The notes below the pieces were generated by a model. That model was given only the letters and a program-made list of their open reading frames with translations, was not told where the DNA came from and made no database searches. A DNA stretch of 61,940 bases, the filler included, from Choristocarpus tenellus KU-1152 (Eukaryota > Protista > Phaeophyceae): the NCBI GenBank assembly GCA_964200185.2. It is 12 parts of 12 records of this genome, joined end to end, with 100 filler letters (N's around TTAATTAATTAA, not from the genome) between each part and the next. Parts side by side here need not be neighbours in the genome. Positions count along the whole stretch, not along the records: positions 49,947 to 55,270 come from CAXNAD020011156.1; positions 55,371 to 58,017 come from CAXNAD020025985.1; positions 58,118 to 61,940 come from CAXNAD020017724.1; 9 more parts are not named here. One strand, given 5' to 3'. Made by a program: the position numbers and the translations under genes. Position 1 is the stretch's first letter. The number at the start of each line of letters is the position of its first letter. Below, in pieces: positions 49,964 to 61,940 of this stretch.

Positions 49964-51851
49964 TTCTCTACCTCATTTCACTGTATATGCCCCACAATTC
50001 TGCCACTGCTCGTTCTAATCCTCAACCCTGGGGGGTTCAGCTGCATGTTGATGTTACCTGATAGTATTTGTATCCCTTAGCTGGAGTACCTCACCCCTGA
50101 ACACCCAGTTTGCTGCCAAGCGATCCTCACAATTGCCCATGCTGACAGACATGTACCCAGGACCTGAAATATCAGTGTCAAAGGTGGGCAGTAGACAATC
50201 TCTTCGTCTTGACCCTGTGCATAAAAGGGGAGATGGGATGCCAATCAGAGAGAGAGAAAACGGTTATGTTATTGGGCCCTTTTCTGTATACTCCATACTA
50301 TATCTACTACCGTTTGAGCTACACAAAATCTTGTTTAAAAATCAGTACTTACAGCTCCAACGAGTATGCTCCTTTGGATGTAGGCCAGGGTGGAGTGAAA
50401 AGTATCCAGGTTGACTAGAGTTGGAATGTGCCACCCAGGCTGTCCATTTAGTGCACTTCTCAAAACTTTTGGTCGTTCCAAGATGCCACACCAACAAGGA
50501 AAGGAATGCAGTTGGGGCAGAGGAAAGGGTATCACATTGGTGACTTTCGAAAAGCAGCCCATATGCCTGGAATAGTGTTTTTTTTACATTTACTTGCATT
50601 TATTCCATGTCTATGCCAAGGATAGCGTTTTTCTCTACTGTGGGCATGTGACTCAAGGATATGGACAGATAATTGGGTTTTAGATATCAATTTGTGGTTA
50701 TGAAGGAGTTGTGTAGGCAGAATGTAGATATTGCTCTAGTATCAAGTACTCCAGTACATCCTATGGAAATGTTACATGGTGTAGAGTACTATTTTCCCTG
50801 AGAAAGGAATCATGCATTGACAAGAAGAATGTGATGTGCAGAGCATACTCTGAGCTTCTTTGCTTAAAGATGCGTAAGGTCTGTCCAGCACTATAAACCG
50901 ACAAGATCTATTCTTGAAAATTCCAGAAAAGTACATGAATTATAAATACCTGACGCCATTAAAGCATTTCCCATCACTTGCATCAACAATGTGGAAGTTG
51001 TTGGGGCTTTGCCAGTGCGTGAGGAACATAGGTACCAAACCTTGGAGGACCATCCAAAGGGCAAGGACACCTGCTGTCAGCAGGAGATTACCCGTGACAG
51101 CTTTGGCAACAACCTGACAACAACACAGGCCGATACTGACTTCACTCAGCAGACTTCTTCCAGATCCTATAATTGTACAACAATATCTCGGTTCAAGGGT
51201 ACAACAGGAGCTAGCACCAAAACGCCAACACACCTCTGCAACTTTGTCTGTAGCTTTAACATCTGCACTCTTGAAAAGGTCTCTACATGGACCATACATC
51301 AAAGGATGAACTGCATTGACGTGATGGAGAATCCTCCTGGAAAGATTGGAGGATCCAATTGGGCGACTCTTATTATCTAAAGCATAAGCCTTATACCTGT
51401 TGTGCAACAACTAACTTGGCAACTTCACACATGCTAAGTAATATTTCTGTTGTGTGAAAATGAAGGCATCCTAGCAATAAAATATCTGTCCCAGGAGCAA
51501 GGAGACATTGGATGATGATACAGATGAGACAATTCATATTATACCCAAGGAATAATTTCCTAGTCGAATGATGTGGTGGGAAGGTAGAGTGGGATACTGC
51601 ACTGGATGAGGTAAGTATATCAAGGCTGTGGTGCAAAGCATCACCTAGTGAACTAAGGATATAGAGAAAATATTGTTATATCGTGCCCAGATTTGTGACA
51701 GGTTAATAACTGTAGCCACAGGAACCGTGGGTTTGGCTATCTATTGCAGATAAGTACAATGTGCACAACAATGTGCACATCCTGCAAGAAATGGAGGCCA
51801 ACGGTAGGTCTATCTTTATCTGTGTGAGCCCTGTTGTTGTGCTCTAGAAAC

Positions 51852-53531
51852 TCATAATATTTTAGAATCTTCTTTGCATGTCGTGGCACTTGCCTCCATC
51901 ATTCCATCATTGGAGCCAACTGGTGCAATTTTCGTCTCCATTTCATCTGCATTTCCCCGGCAGTTGTTGCATGACTCCTCCTTGTTGCCTCCACCTTCCT
52001 CAATCCCTTGTGGACAACGTTCTGGCAATGAAAAGCTTTCAGCTGCTGGACCGTGCTCTTCAACTGGTCTCTCACTTGATCCAGTCTCAGAAGCTAGCCC
52101 TGAAATTGGCTCCAGAGCATTTGTATCATGTGTAGTCTCAGATGATGAACCAGGAATCTCCAAACCTAACCCCGAAATTGACTCTAGAGTGTCCATATCA
52201 TCTGTAGTCTCGGATGACAAACCAGAAATCTCTCCAGGATCATCCACTGATTTAATTGAATGGGGATTCTCACTTTCAGCTAGAGGGGCTTCCTGATAAT
52301 GGCATTCTCCCTTTAGACCATTCCTGGCTGTTTACATACAATGTACACCATTTTGAGTTAGAGATGAAAGAGCTTGAGATGTGAGATTAAAAAAAAGGGA
52401 GAACAGGACATGAATGTTAGCATCATGTTATCTTCTCCATCCACCATTAGTATTCAAGGAATGTAGATGCTGAACCAACTTCGAGTACAGTAATAGGACA
52501 TGCTCATACCTCAAAGTTGATGCACAAGATCTTGATAGCCTCTCTTAATGATAAAAAAATCAAGGAATCACGTTTGGAATCAAATGAGAAAGTTTATATG
52601 ATATGGTAATGTTCACTCTCCACCTCAAGTTCCTTCCACACACAATAGTGCAGTTAGAACCACCAGTCACAAAGCAGCAGTTCTCTCTCAGGTTGAAGCA
52701 TTTTGAAAAACCACAGGGAAAATGTTCCAGTAGCAAGCCCGAAGCACTCTGAAGTAGACTGCAAGAATATATCTAAGTACACAACTATTGGAAGCCTAGA
52801 AAGTTGAGACGAAAACTTATCATACTTGAAAATGGTTGTGATATAGCAATAGTACTCACTGAATGTAGGAACTGAAGAAGTGTTAGAGATGCCAGTAGAC
52901 ACCACTGCACTTTCTGTTTCTCGACTATCACCCCCTGAACCACTGAGCGCTTGAGACATGTGTTGCCCATTGTCTATACCAGCGTTCAGCTGCTTGTGTT
53001 GACGGTAGTAATTGGGTTGATCGTCTATTAATTGCATATTTCAACAAGTTCTAGAGATATCCATAGTATATATACACTTCTCAACAAGGGCACCCAGTTT
53101 CATTTGGGGTTCAAAAACAAATCTTATACTTGGGAAAGTATATAGCAATTCGACATACATATCTGGTTCTGGGGTAATGCATTTGAACTCTTGTGTTACA
53201 GTTGCTCCAGAGCAGAATGTCATATCTTAATTGTTAAGGGTTCTTGTCAAGCACATGTTTTCCCAGTCTGAGGTTGTTCTCTTCAGGTGGATGTATGGAT
53301 TAATATCACCACGACCGATCAAAAGAATCAACGTAACCTTGGAAATATCGAATCTCTTAGAAGTGAATGCTTGAAGTTTACCTGGTAGTTGAGATCAAGG
53401 TGGACATGACCTGTAGCATGCCCCTTCCCTGTAGCAACAGCCACCCAGAGGCCTTTCTGATTGGCCCCTGGGGAAAGCGTAAGAAGATGGAACCCAATCA
53501 ACTCGTCGACTACCTCACCCTTGTGCAGCAC
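51852..53531 (-). CDS. 3' part of a probable C2-domain protein with an acidic repetitive tail
   Basis: Clean 150-nt exon 53531-53382 VLHKGEVVDELIGFHLLTL...GLWVAV...GHVHLDLNYQ resembles the second half of a C2 domain; probable further exons ~52950-52860 and ~52326-51852 (stop); linkage between them not fully resolved. Confidence 0.45.
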
Positions 53532-54898
53532 CTGAACAGACAGACGAGGGTTAAGGAAACCTGAACAGTTCAGATCGTTTGAGAGATGGTGCTAAGGGAA
53601 AGTCTAAAATCATTCTGAACAGCTGTATAGATTCGTAGGGTTGATCACACCCTCCATACTTCATGCCTACATCACACACTATACACGGTATAGGGTTTTT
53701 GAAATTCTTACATGGCGTATATATCTCCAGAGATGTAAGCAGCAGGCTTATTTTGCGCAACTTTGTTGGGTGTATTGCTTTCACAGAGATTTTTCACATG
53801 TACACATCATTGTCATGTGCGAGAGCCGCCCTGAAGGGCCATCAGCAGAGTCTTTACATGTATTGCAAGTATAATACCTTTTCTCTTTGTGAGATAGGAT
53901 GCCATACTTCAATGCTGTCGACCAGAGCATGCCACCTTGAGGCCAGTCATCATAGTTTACAATATTCCTAATAGACTGGAAAAGAACAAGAAACCAGGAG
54001 TTCTCACACCTTGTGAGGCATTTGAAAGCATCGTACATGGGATTTTCTCCATACCGCATAATAACTTTCGTAAATGTGTTGTGCTTTCATACGAGCTGAA
54101 CATCTTGATACGATATGTTGCAGTGCGATTACTTTTTGTTGGCCTAACGACACTAACAGGCCCTTCAATTAAGAGTGCACAGAAATAGTACTACCTCTGT
54201 GCCATAAGTTTGTGCCGCGAAATATCTGGGCTTGCCGAGCGAGAACGGCGCCGAATCGGACAATAACACCACAGAATGAAATCGGGTTGACAATCTCAGC
54301 TATCAGAAAAGGCGGGAATTGAGGATCATCAGGTACAAGCTCGAGGTGCTTCAAGTCGTCAAAGTAGGGGTCTTTTGGTGTGATTTCGAGGCCAGAACTG
54401 GGCACAGGAGGATCAGAACATCGGGATGGCAACCCCCCGTTGACCTCCTCGCACAGGAAGGGTGCCCAAGTATCCCTGAATACTAGGGTTGCACTTGCAG
54501 TGCGGCATGCCCTTACGATGGTCCCAGGCGAGCATAAACTGCTGCGACAAGTTGGACGGCCGTCACAGCGGAGCTTAAAGTCCAAGCGTTACATGCGAGG
54601 ACTCTGGGAGGACGTCGCCAATCAGCTCGCCAGTGACCACACGCTTGACCTAGTAGTGGTGGCATGTAGTGGGCGGTCTATGGAGCTCTCACCGACCAAG
54701 ATGGCTGCAATACATAGTATCAACTCCAATAAATCGGTCATCCACAGTGCATCAGGTGACGATGAAGACGATCGCCAAGGGGCTGAATTATAGCACAAGC
54801 ACCATAAACAGGTGGTTAGGTGATATGGGGGCCATGCCGAATCGCTTGCATCAAACCAGAGCTTAAATCATGGCAAAAGGTATGGAGAACAGACTCTG

Positions 54899-55070
54899 GG
54901 CTCAAAGTATCTGGGTGGCAGCTGTCCATTTGGGGTCAATTTTTTTATGTCACGATTTTTGGGTGATTTGGTTGCATGCATCGGATGGATACTGTAGGTG
55001 CCCTTTTCCTGGTTATGATCCAAATGAACACCCTGGTGTAGACCCCCCCCTTCCCCAAATACTTTGGGTC
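54899..55070 (+). mobile_element. MITE family A, full copy
   Basis: GGCTCAAAGTATCTGGG...CCAAATACTTTGGGTC, flanks CTG/TTG. Confidence 0.9.
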
Positions 55071-55232
55071 TTGTTTACGTTCAAGAGGATCGGAAACGTG
55101 GTGTGTATGCCTCCATGGCAAACACGATCCATGTGGCTGAAACCTGGTTTTACGTGATGGCTGATGGGGAAAGGGTTAGGATATTTCTGCATGAGGATGA
55201 TAGCGACCTTTTAGGGTATCCTAATATGTAGC

Positions 55233-55262
55233 GGGTCAAAGTATCTTGGGGGGGGGGGTGGT
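55233..55262. mobile_element. MITE TIR plus poly-G near contig end
   Basis: GGGTCAAAGTATCTTGGGG. Confidence 0.65.
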
Positions 55263-55270
55263 TTGTGAGG

Positions 55271-55370
55271 NNNNNNNNNNNNNNNNNNNNNNNNNNNNNN
55301 NNNNNNNNNNNNNNTTAATTAATTAANNNNNNNNNNNNNNNNNNNNNNNNNNNNNNNNNNNNNNNNNNNN
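55271..55370. other. artificial contig linker
   Basis: N44-TTAATTAATTAA-N44. Confidence 0.99.
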
Positions 55371-55458
55371 CTACAAACCACCATGTGCATACACGCTCTA
55401 CTAGCTTCTTGTATAATTTAGTACTATTCCCCCCCACATAGTCTTTTTTTTTTAATGT

Positions 55459-55495
<37 letters not shown>

Positions 55496-55535
55496 ACCCC
55501 CTCTCATCCATAACGTGGACCATGCACTCTCTGAC

Positions 55536-57338
55536 CTCAAGCTCGACCGCCTCAGCATCTGCCTCCTGCCATCCACTTCCCAGTTCAGCGCCTGGCCCCC
55601 TTCAGAAGGCAAGTCTTCGTCGGCTTCACTCTCCTCCAATCCGCTTCGGACTGCACTTCTGATGCTCTCATCGTCGCTATTGCTGTAGAATTTTTAGAAC
55701 AAAGTGTCATCGAAGGTTTCTCGAACAATACATTTTATATACACAGTATCAGTGTTTCATGCCAAGGGTTGTCCTTCTTGCACACAGACCATCTCTAACG
55801 AGCCAAGGTGCAAGAAACTTGTTCTAATGTATTCCTTTCGGATTCATGTGTACAGGGTCGCCAGGGGGTGGAGGGAGAGCTGTGGAGGGACTGAAACAGT
55901 TACGATATCCAAGTCTTCAATCATAGATAATGTTTGTACTTTAAAACATCAAATTTCAAATATTTTCTTTACATTTGTCGCATGAAATGAGTTTTTTCTT
56001 GTAACTCTAAATACACCAGAAGTGTAACTTAATCGTGCTTTCAACTATACAACTATCCACTGGAAGATTAAAAAACCCATGTACATAAGCCATACCAACA
56101 CCCCACTGCAAGACCTTCACGACATCACCATCATCATTGAAGGCAACCAATTGTGCTTGGTTGAATCAAGTATCATCCCCACTATCACATAAAAGAGCAA
56201 AAAGCTCAGAGTGTTAAACATTCATCAAAAGCTTGATCAAACTATCACATCCACAACAATTCCTCTTTTTCCCCACTGACTAATATGTATTTTACCTATA
56301 AATTGGATAAGACATCAAAGGGCGGGGGAGGGGAGAAGGGGGGTGCTGGACAGGTGGGACGGCACTCATGGGAGGTCAGAGTCCCAGAGTTGAAAAGGGG
56401 ATACATTTGGTAGGGTGGGGGAAATATGGCATGCAGACAGCATAAGGAGCGAGGAAATGTACGAACAAACCCTTACAAACAAATAAAAAAAACCATAGTG
56501 GTATTGATACCACAATCGTAGTTGAAGGAGAGAGTAGGGTGCACAGAGGTTGAGTGATGCACCTATTGAAATCAGTCCGATCACCTACTACTGAGAGTCT
56601 AAAGAAGTCGTTGTTATAGCATTTCTTCCCCTTATCATCATCATGTCAAAAGCTTGTTTCACCAAGCGAACACCTCTCTCTGACCCTGCACAATTGAACT
56701 TTGCCCACAAGCAAGTCTAATTGTCTCAGAACCCGTTCTCCATTAAATTCAAAAGATGAAACTCTACCAGTTAAGCCTTACCTGACATTTTCGGCGCCGG
56801 TTCCCACTAGCCAATCGCCGTCTTCTTCGTCGCTGTCATCGTCTTCCGTTCGTCCATCTCCTGCTCCATGGAAGGCACGAGACCATCCACGTGCTCTCGT
56901 CCGAGGGTGCTGCGGGATCCCTTGTCCAAGGACGGGCAACGCACCTAATGCCCTCTCCAAGTGTCGCGCAACCCCCCCTCCTCCCACAACATAATCATCA
57001 CAATCCTGACCGCTGCCAACTGTCCCACCCCCACCCACACCTTGGTTCAACATATTCCGTCCCTCCCTACGTCGCCGACTGATGTGTCCTTCAGTGTTCC
57101 TGGTCTCCTCCCCGCTGCCAATGTGAACATCACTCTTGGTACGGGTCATAATTCCGAGGGCATAGAGGGCAGCACCATAACCTGCTAGAATGAGAAAGTG
57201 CAGGAAAGACTCCTTCCCCAATATGATAAACGCTACAATAGAAGTGAGAACAACAGCCGCAAACGACCATTTCCCAAATCGCATGACTTCCCCTCGCGGT
57301 GGACAGGCACTGCTTCCCCCCCCATTCGGTTGCTCCAT
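55536..57338 (-). CDS. 5' part of a hypothetical membrane protein (two N-terminal hydrophobic segments, acidic linker)
   Basis: Exon 57338-56782 (MEQPNGG...WSFAAVVLTSIVAFIILG...FLHFLILAGYGAALYALGIM...DDDSDEEDGD; AG|GTAAGG) joins in phase to 55682-55536 (SNSDDESIRSAV...). Confidence 0.6.
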
Positions 57339-58017
57339 AGTATCTTTCCAGGTTGCGATGAACAAGATAATGTAGAATGCTCAATGGAGATATGTAGAAC
57401 GCTCTTGCTAGGGACCGAAGCAACTGAAACGAAACGGTACCAATAAAATGCACAGTTTACAAATGGATCGAATCACACAAAGGAATACCTCGCCTTCTAC
57501 CTTTGATGTCCACCTTTCGAGGTGGACATTAGGAGTTGTGGACACTTCCTTGTCAGTATCTCTCACCCTTAAGATAACAACCACACTCTTTGCCTATAAC
57601 CTAATATATACTACTACTACTAAATACACCTTCCCAAATCTGAAATTCAATTAATTTATTAACATAGGTAACACTCTCCTCCTCTATTTCTGTGCATTCA
57701 AGTGTTCAAACGTTCTAACTTTCTTACACCTGAATTATTTTTTTATCTTGGTTTTATTTTTCTTCTCACAAAAAAAATCGAATCAGATACAGTACCTACC
57801 CCAATTTTGGACCAAATATTATGAACCAAATCGAAAAATATGCAAGTTTGTACCGCTTTTTCGACATGCTCAAAAAATACACTTTTGTACCGGAATTCTC
57901 GTATTCGGGCGATTTGGCGCGTAAACATATCTCGCGAAAAGTGCCTTTCTTCCTGAGTCTTGCTACCATACAGCAGTACAGTACGTTGCTGCTAGGGGAA
58001 TAAAGTGGAAGCCATGC

Positions 58018-58117
58018 NNNNNNNNNNNNNNNNNNNNNNNNNNNNNNNNNNNNNNNNNNNNTTAATTAATTAANNNNNNNNNNNNNNNNNNNNNNNNNNN
58101 NNNNNNNNNNNNNNNNN
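58018..58117. other. artificial contig linker
   Basis: N44-TTAATTAATTAA-N44. Confidence 0.99.
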
Positions 58118-58939
58118 GGGGGGGGGGGGGGGGGGGTATGGAGCAGGGGAGGTTAGAATGCGCTGCCTGTGGAGGCAGTGGTTCCTATTATATAACCATC
58201 CCCAATTGCCTACAGAATGGTGTTGTCATGAGGGAAAAAATATATAGACACAATCTGTTGCTTTGCATTTCCCTAGTCCAAAACAGTGGTAAACTTGTTT
58301 TTACACATCAGAGCGAGCTAATCAGGTTTTCCTAAAAATTGCAAGTTGTGCCTGGGTTGCTTCTCATTATTTTGAAGAGCACCCTGCTAACCACTCAGCT
58401 TGACCCAACTAATACCCTACTATGAGAACAGCATTCCTCAAGTTGGGAGCCTTCCACAAGGAGAAGAAAATGAGCAAAATCATTCAAGAGATACGAAATC
58501 ATTAAAAGCAGTATTAGCCGTCTCAAGAAGTACTAACATCAGGAATAGGTATGCAAACAAAGAATGATAGAGTACAAATCTTAGGTCCAAAACTGCCACA
58601 AGCCTAAGCAAAATATCAATGCACCTCAACTATTCAATGGTCATAGCACTGGGATGGCTAGAAATCATCGATCTCTGTCGACCATTTTGACTTAAGAGGC
58701 TAAAGCTCATGTGCTAGAACATGAAAATAGACGATAGGTGAAATAGTGTGCATGATGGACAACAGTTCCTACCTTCCATTATTAAAAAAAATGGGCCACA
58801 CCCAATACATTTCCAACGTTTGACCACTCTTACTGCTACAAACAATAGGAAAGAAGCAACTATAAAATATCTTCAACTCCCCCTCAAACAATTTCTTGCC
58901 CCAGATCATCCTACTCCCTCCCCCCTCCTCCCCTTGCAC

Positions 58940-60614
58940 CTTCTCATTGCTCATCTTCTCGGGGAGAGTGATGATACACCTGTAGCCCTTAATAGCACAG
59001 GCAAGAGCCAGGCCAATTCCAGTATTTCCGGAGGTGGGCTCAATGAGCGTGTCTCCAGGCTGAGAAAAAGTGAGTGTGCATAGACAAGGGGGGGAGGGGG
59101 GTGAATACGTCTGGATATACTACGGTTGCGACCAGCTGTCCGCCATGACTTGAAACAGGTGCCTCCAAATCTTCTCACGAAAGGTGTGGAGTGGATGCTA
59201 GATACAGACACAAAGCTCAGTGTGCTCCACATAAGGACACATCTACAAGTACGTTGAAACCTGATCTATATACAGGCGAAAATCATACTCCTGCACGTAA
59301 TGTAATGTTGTTGAAGAAACTAAAAATATAGTGCAACAGGGTAAAATATCAAGAGGTCAAGCATAATTTATTCTTCTTGAAGCCTTTCTCCCTAGTCATC
59401 CTGTGCTTTGTAGTTCATTGAGTCATATGTCGTGCAAGCAAGATGCACCCATTTCAACCCCTAGTTCTAGGGTATGAATTGAATTCAATAGTACGATTCT
59501 CATCCCCCCTTTCTATTCTCTTTCTGTGCTTTCTCACACCTTGATCCTTCCGCAACCTTCTGCATCTTCCACCATGCGAAGAGCAATACGATCCTGTGAA
59601 CAACAGTCATGGGAATTAGACAGAAAGGTGGATTTGAAAGCTAATAATATCAAAGGGAAGAGGCAGGAAACAGAGGGAAATAGGCAATGGACAAAATATA
59701 GAGCCAGCTCTGAAAAGTTTAGGGAAGAGTGAGGGGCAGGAGTATGCCTGCGAATATTTCCCGCTACACTCAGACACAGTGCGGCGCTGATTTTCAGGGA
59801 GACTCCGGCATCGCAATCAAAATCCAAAAGCTTGGAGGATGTAGGGAGAAAAGAGATCCGAACCCTGCATACGGTTGCGGATATGGTCCGTAAGAGGTTC
59901 AATACCCCCAACAGCACTGTGAGCTGTGAGGGTTGCCTCTAGGTCAAGATCTGCAGTTTTTGTTTAGTTGTCTGTGTGTCCTCATCTACTAAAAAGTATA
60001 CAGGAGGTGTTCAAAACTCTTGCCCTTCTCTCTCACACACTCACACACCCTTAAGAAGGGTTGAAATCTATGTGGTGGCAACCTCAATCAAGAGCATCCG
60101 GTAATCGAATATTTAATCATATATCTCAGTCCTCCATGACGACGTTCACCTCGGTGCTTTATCTCTCTTGCCTTTATGCTCCCCCCAGCATTGAAATACT
60201 CGCACTTGGCCAGGAGTTCGCATTCCAGTCCCTCCTCCGATGAGATGTTCTTCATTCGAATCATGGGCGTGTCTCCGATCTTCTGCAAAATATCGTCGAG
60301 TATCTTTTTGCGCACCGGCCGACCCGTCTTATTGTCGAGGAACACGGCAGCGCAACATGGTGGCAATGAGTTAGATGTGTACCATTCCCAAGCATTAGGG
60401 ATAGAACTGTCAAACGCTTGACAGGAAGGAAGGAAAGGTCACTGTGGGTCCAACTACGGGATCTCACCATGACATGGGGGCAATCTTTTGCACCAGGAGC
60501 ATAAGTGCACAGCTTCGGTCCGTCATCGGTGTCTTTGCGCCTCTTCGCACCCCCGTTTACCGAAGGCTCAACAAGCCCTTTAGGGAGTTCGCGTTTACGT
60601 ACAGAACTGCTCAT
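58940..60614 (-). CDS. CBS: cystathionine beta-synthase, 5' part
   Basis: Exons 60614-60468, 60327-60172 (GC donor), 59593-59540, 59059-58940: [33 protein letters not shown] (PLP lysine), [40 protein letters not shown]. Confidence 0.93.
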
Positions 60615-61940
60615 CCCTGCTATACCGCTCCAGCAGACTGATATTAGCCTCCAAAAAATCAGACCTTATCTTAATGAAAGGTGGTATAGCACGACCTTCC
60701 CTCAAAGCATCTTCAAACACTCTCAGTTCCCCACACAACAGCTGGAGTCAACAAAGTCAACAATTGAAGTCTCACGAAGCGAAAATAATATACAAGCATA
60801 CTTCCTATGTTCAATCTGTTCGAACACTTTTTGAGGATGAGGACAAATATTGGGAAGGCATTTTTCCAACTTAGAATAACTGTCAAATGCACAAAAGTCT
60901 GATATTATCAATGCACACTAATTCAACAACGTCGTATTCTACTTTTTTTCTACCGCACATCTCCTCTTTACAAATCTTCCCTTACCCTACACCATTTTTA
61001 AGTTTCCTCTAACAATATTGAGAACCCTGGTAAAGAACCCATGTATCCACACAAGACAGTAGGGGTAGTACAAGGTCTTCATATATATACTAGGAATATG
61101 TGCATGACTATATTGTCCGACATTTTGTAGAAGAAGTGTCCAGGTCTATTATCATTTATACCCTCTCACATTATTTGCAGATGTGTTAGGGGGGAGGAAA
61201 AACCAAGTCATATATACTGTGGAGGGTCCCCTCTTTGAATCGTTATCCAATCCGTTCTTCACGCTTATCATCGTACAACCTGACCTTGCCCTGTCTCCTA
61301 CGGTTCGTGTTGGTCCATCCAGTCTGTCTTACCCAGTGATTCTCCTCACCACTCGTGTTGAAATATTCCACACTGGACCCGCGGCTTTCGTGGTTTGATG
61401 AAGGAGAATGAATAGCTTGATGATGTAGATATGCAATATTAACCTTACAAGAGGCTTATGGTCTCGATTCCGCTTACTGAATTGGTGGGGTGAGACAAGC
61501 CTAGACTACCATTATTATTTCTATAGTGTGGGGTTTGCAATTGTCCACAATAATTTACTATGAATCACTTACTAACTTGCTTTAAGTATAGCAAGTGTAT
61601 CTTGAACATGACACAAAAATCAGTGGACACTATGAGTCAGCACATAATATCATATATCTGTCGATGGCTCTCCATCCTATTTCCTAATCCACCGGTAGTG
61701 TCTATAGTGTATCAGGAGCACTATCTACGAAAATCTTATCTAAGTGAACTACATGACTACAAAAGAACATAATCCACATTGACGACCCCAATCAATGGAT
61801 TCAGATACAATAGGGTGAGAAGTAAGGCTTCAACCATTCATTTAGTATGACCAACTCCGACACCAGGCACCACTGTTACAGGCGAATAGAGCGAGTATTT
61901 CTTCTTATATTTCAACGAAGTACAAACGTTTGTTACACGC

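Noticed and set aside
50080-51380. Possible plus-strand exons ending in ORF 50991-51380
   Set aside because: No recognisable homology and ambiguous splice phases.
54169-54793. Overlapping GC-richer ORFs on both strands as a transposase or viral fragment
   Set aside because: No catalytic or structural motif recognised in any frame.
7741-58117. Regularly recurring TTAATTAATTAA flanked by Ns as a biological repeat, and gene neighbourhoods across them
   Set aside because: Identical 100-nt artificial linkers; contig order carries no synteny information.

Overview
This is not a continuous locus and not prokaryotic. The window is 12 short eukaryotic contigs (1-7740, 7841-11519, 11620-15206, 15307-19577, 19678-27006, 27107-33226, 33327-39220, 39321-45350, 45451-49846, 49947-55270, 55371-58017, 58118-61940) joined by artificial 100-nt linkers (N44-TTAATTAATTAA-N44), so adjacency across linkers has no biological meaning. 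The DNA is intron-rich and most ORFs in the supplied track are spurious. I rebuilt spliced genes by hand: a complete eIF5A, and partial UBA1-like E1, ECM29, myotubularin, pyruvate kinase and cystathionine beta-synthase, plus a disrupted LRR-ROC-COR (ROCO) gene and a few hypothetical genes. One-LRR-per-exon ROCO structure, TTAGGG repeats and Gly-rich protein insertions suggest a brown alga or close stramenopile relative (inference). The most unusual signals are: (1) a fold-back inverted duplication of the ROC exon in the ROCO pseudogene that could template dsRNA against the family; (2) many short interstitial TTAGGG/CCCTAA tracts, including one hexamer gained inside the ROC exon that creates a stop; (3) two MITE families sharing one TIR, with variable 3-bp TSDs; (4) a pre-miRNA-like hairpin with a perfect 25-bp stem; (5) a CBS with an animal-type heme-ligand motif; (6) frequent GC-AG introns and AAG acceptors. 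All identities come from motif recognition by eye; no database searches were run.
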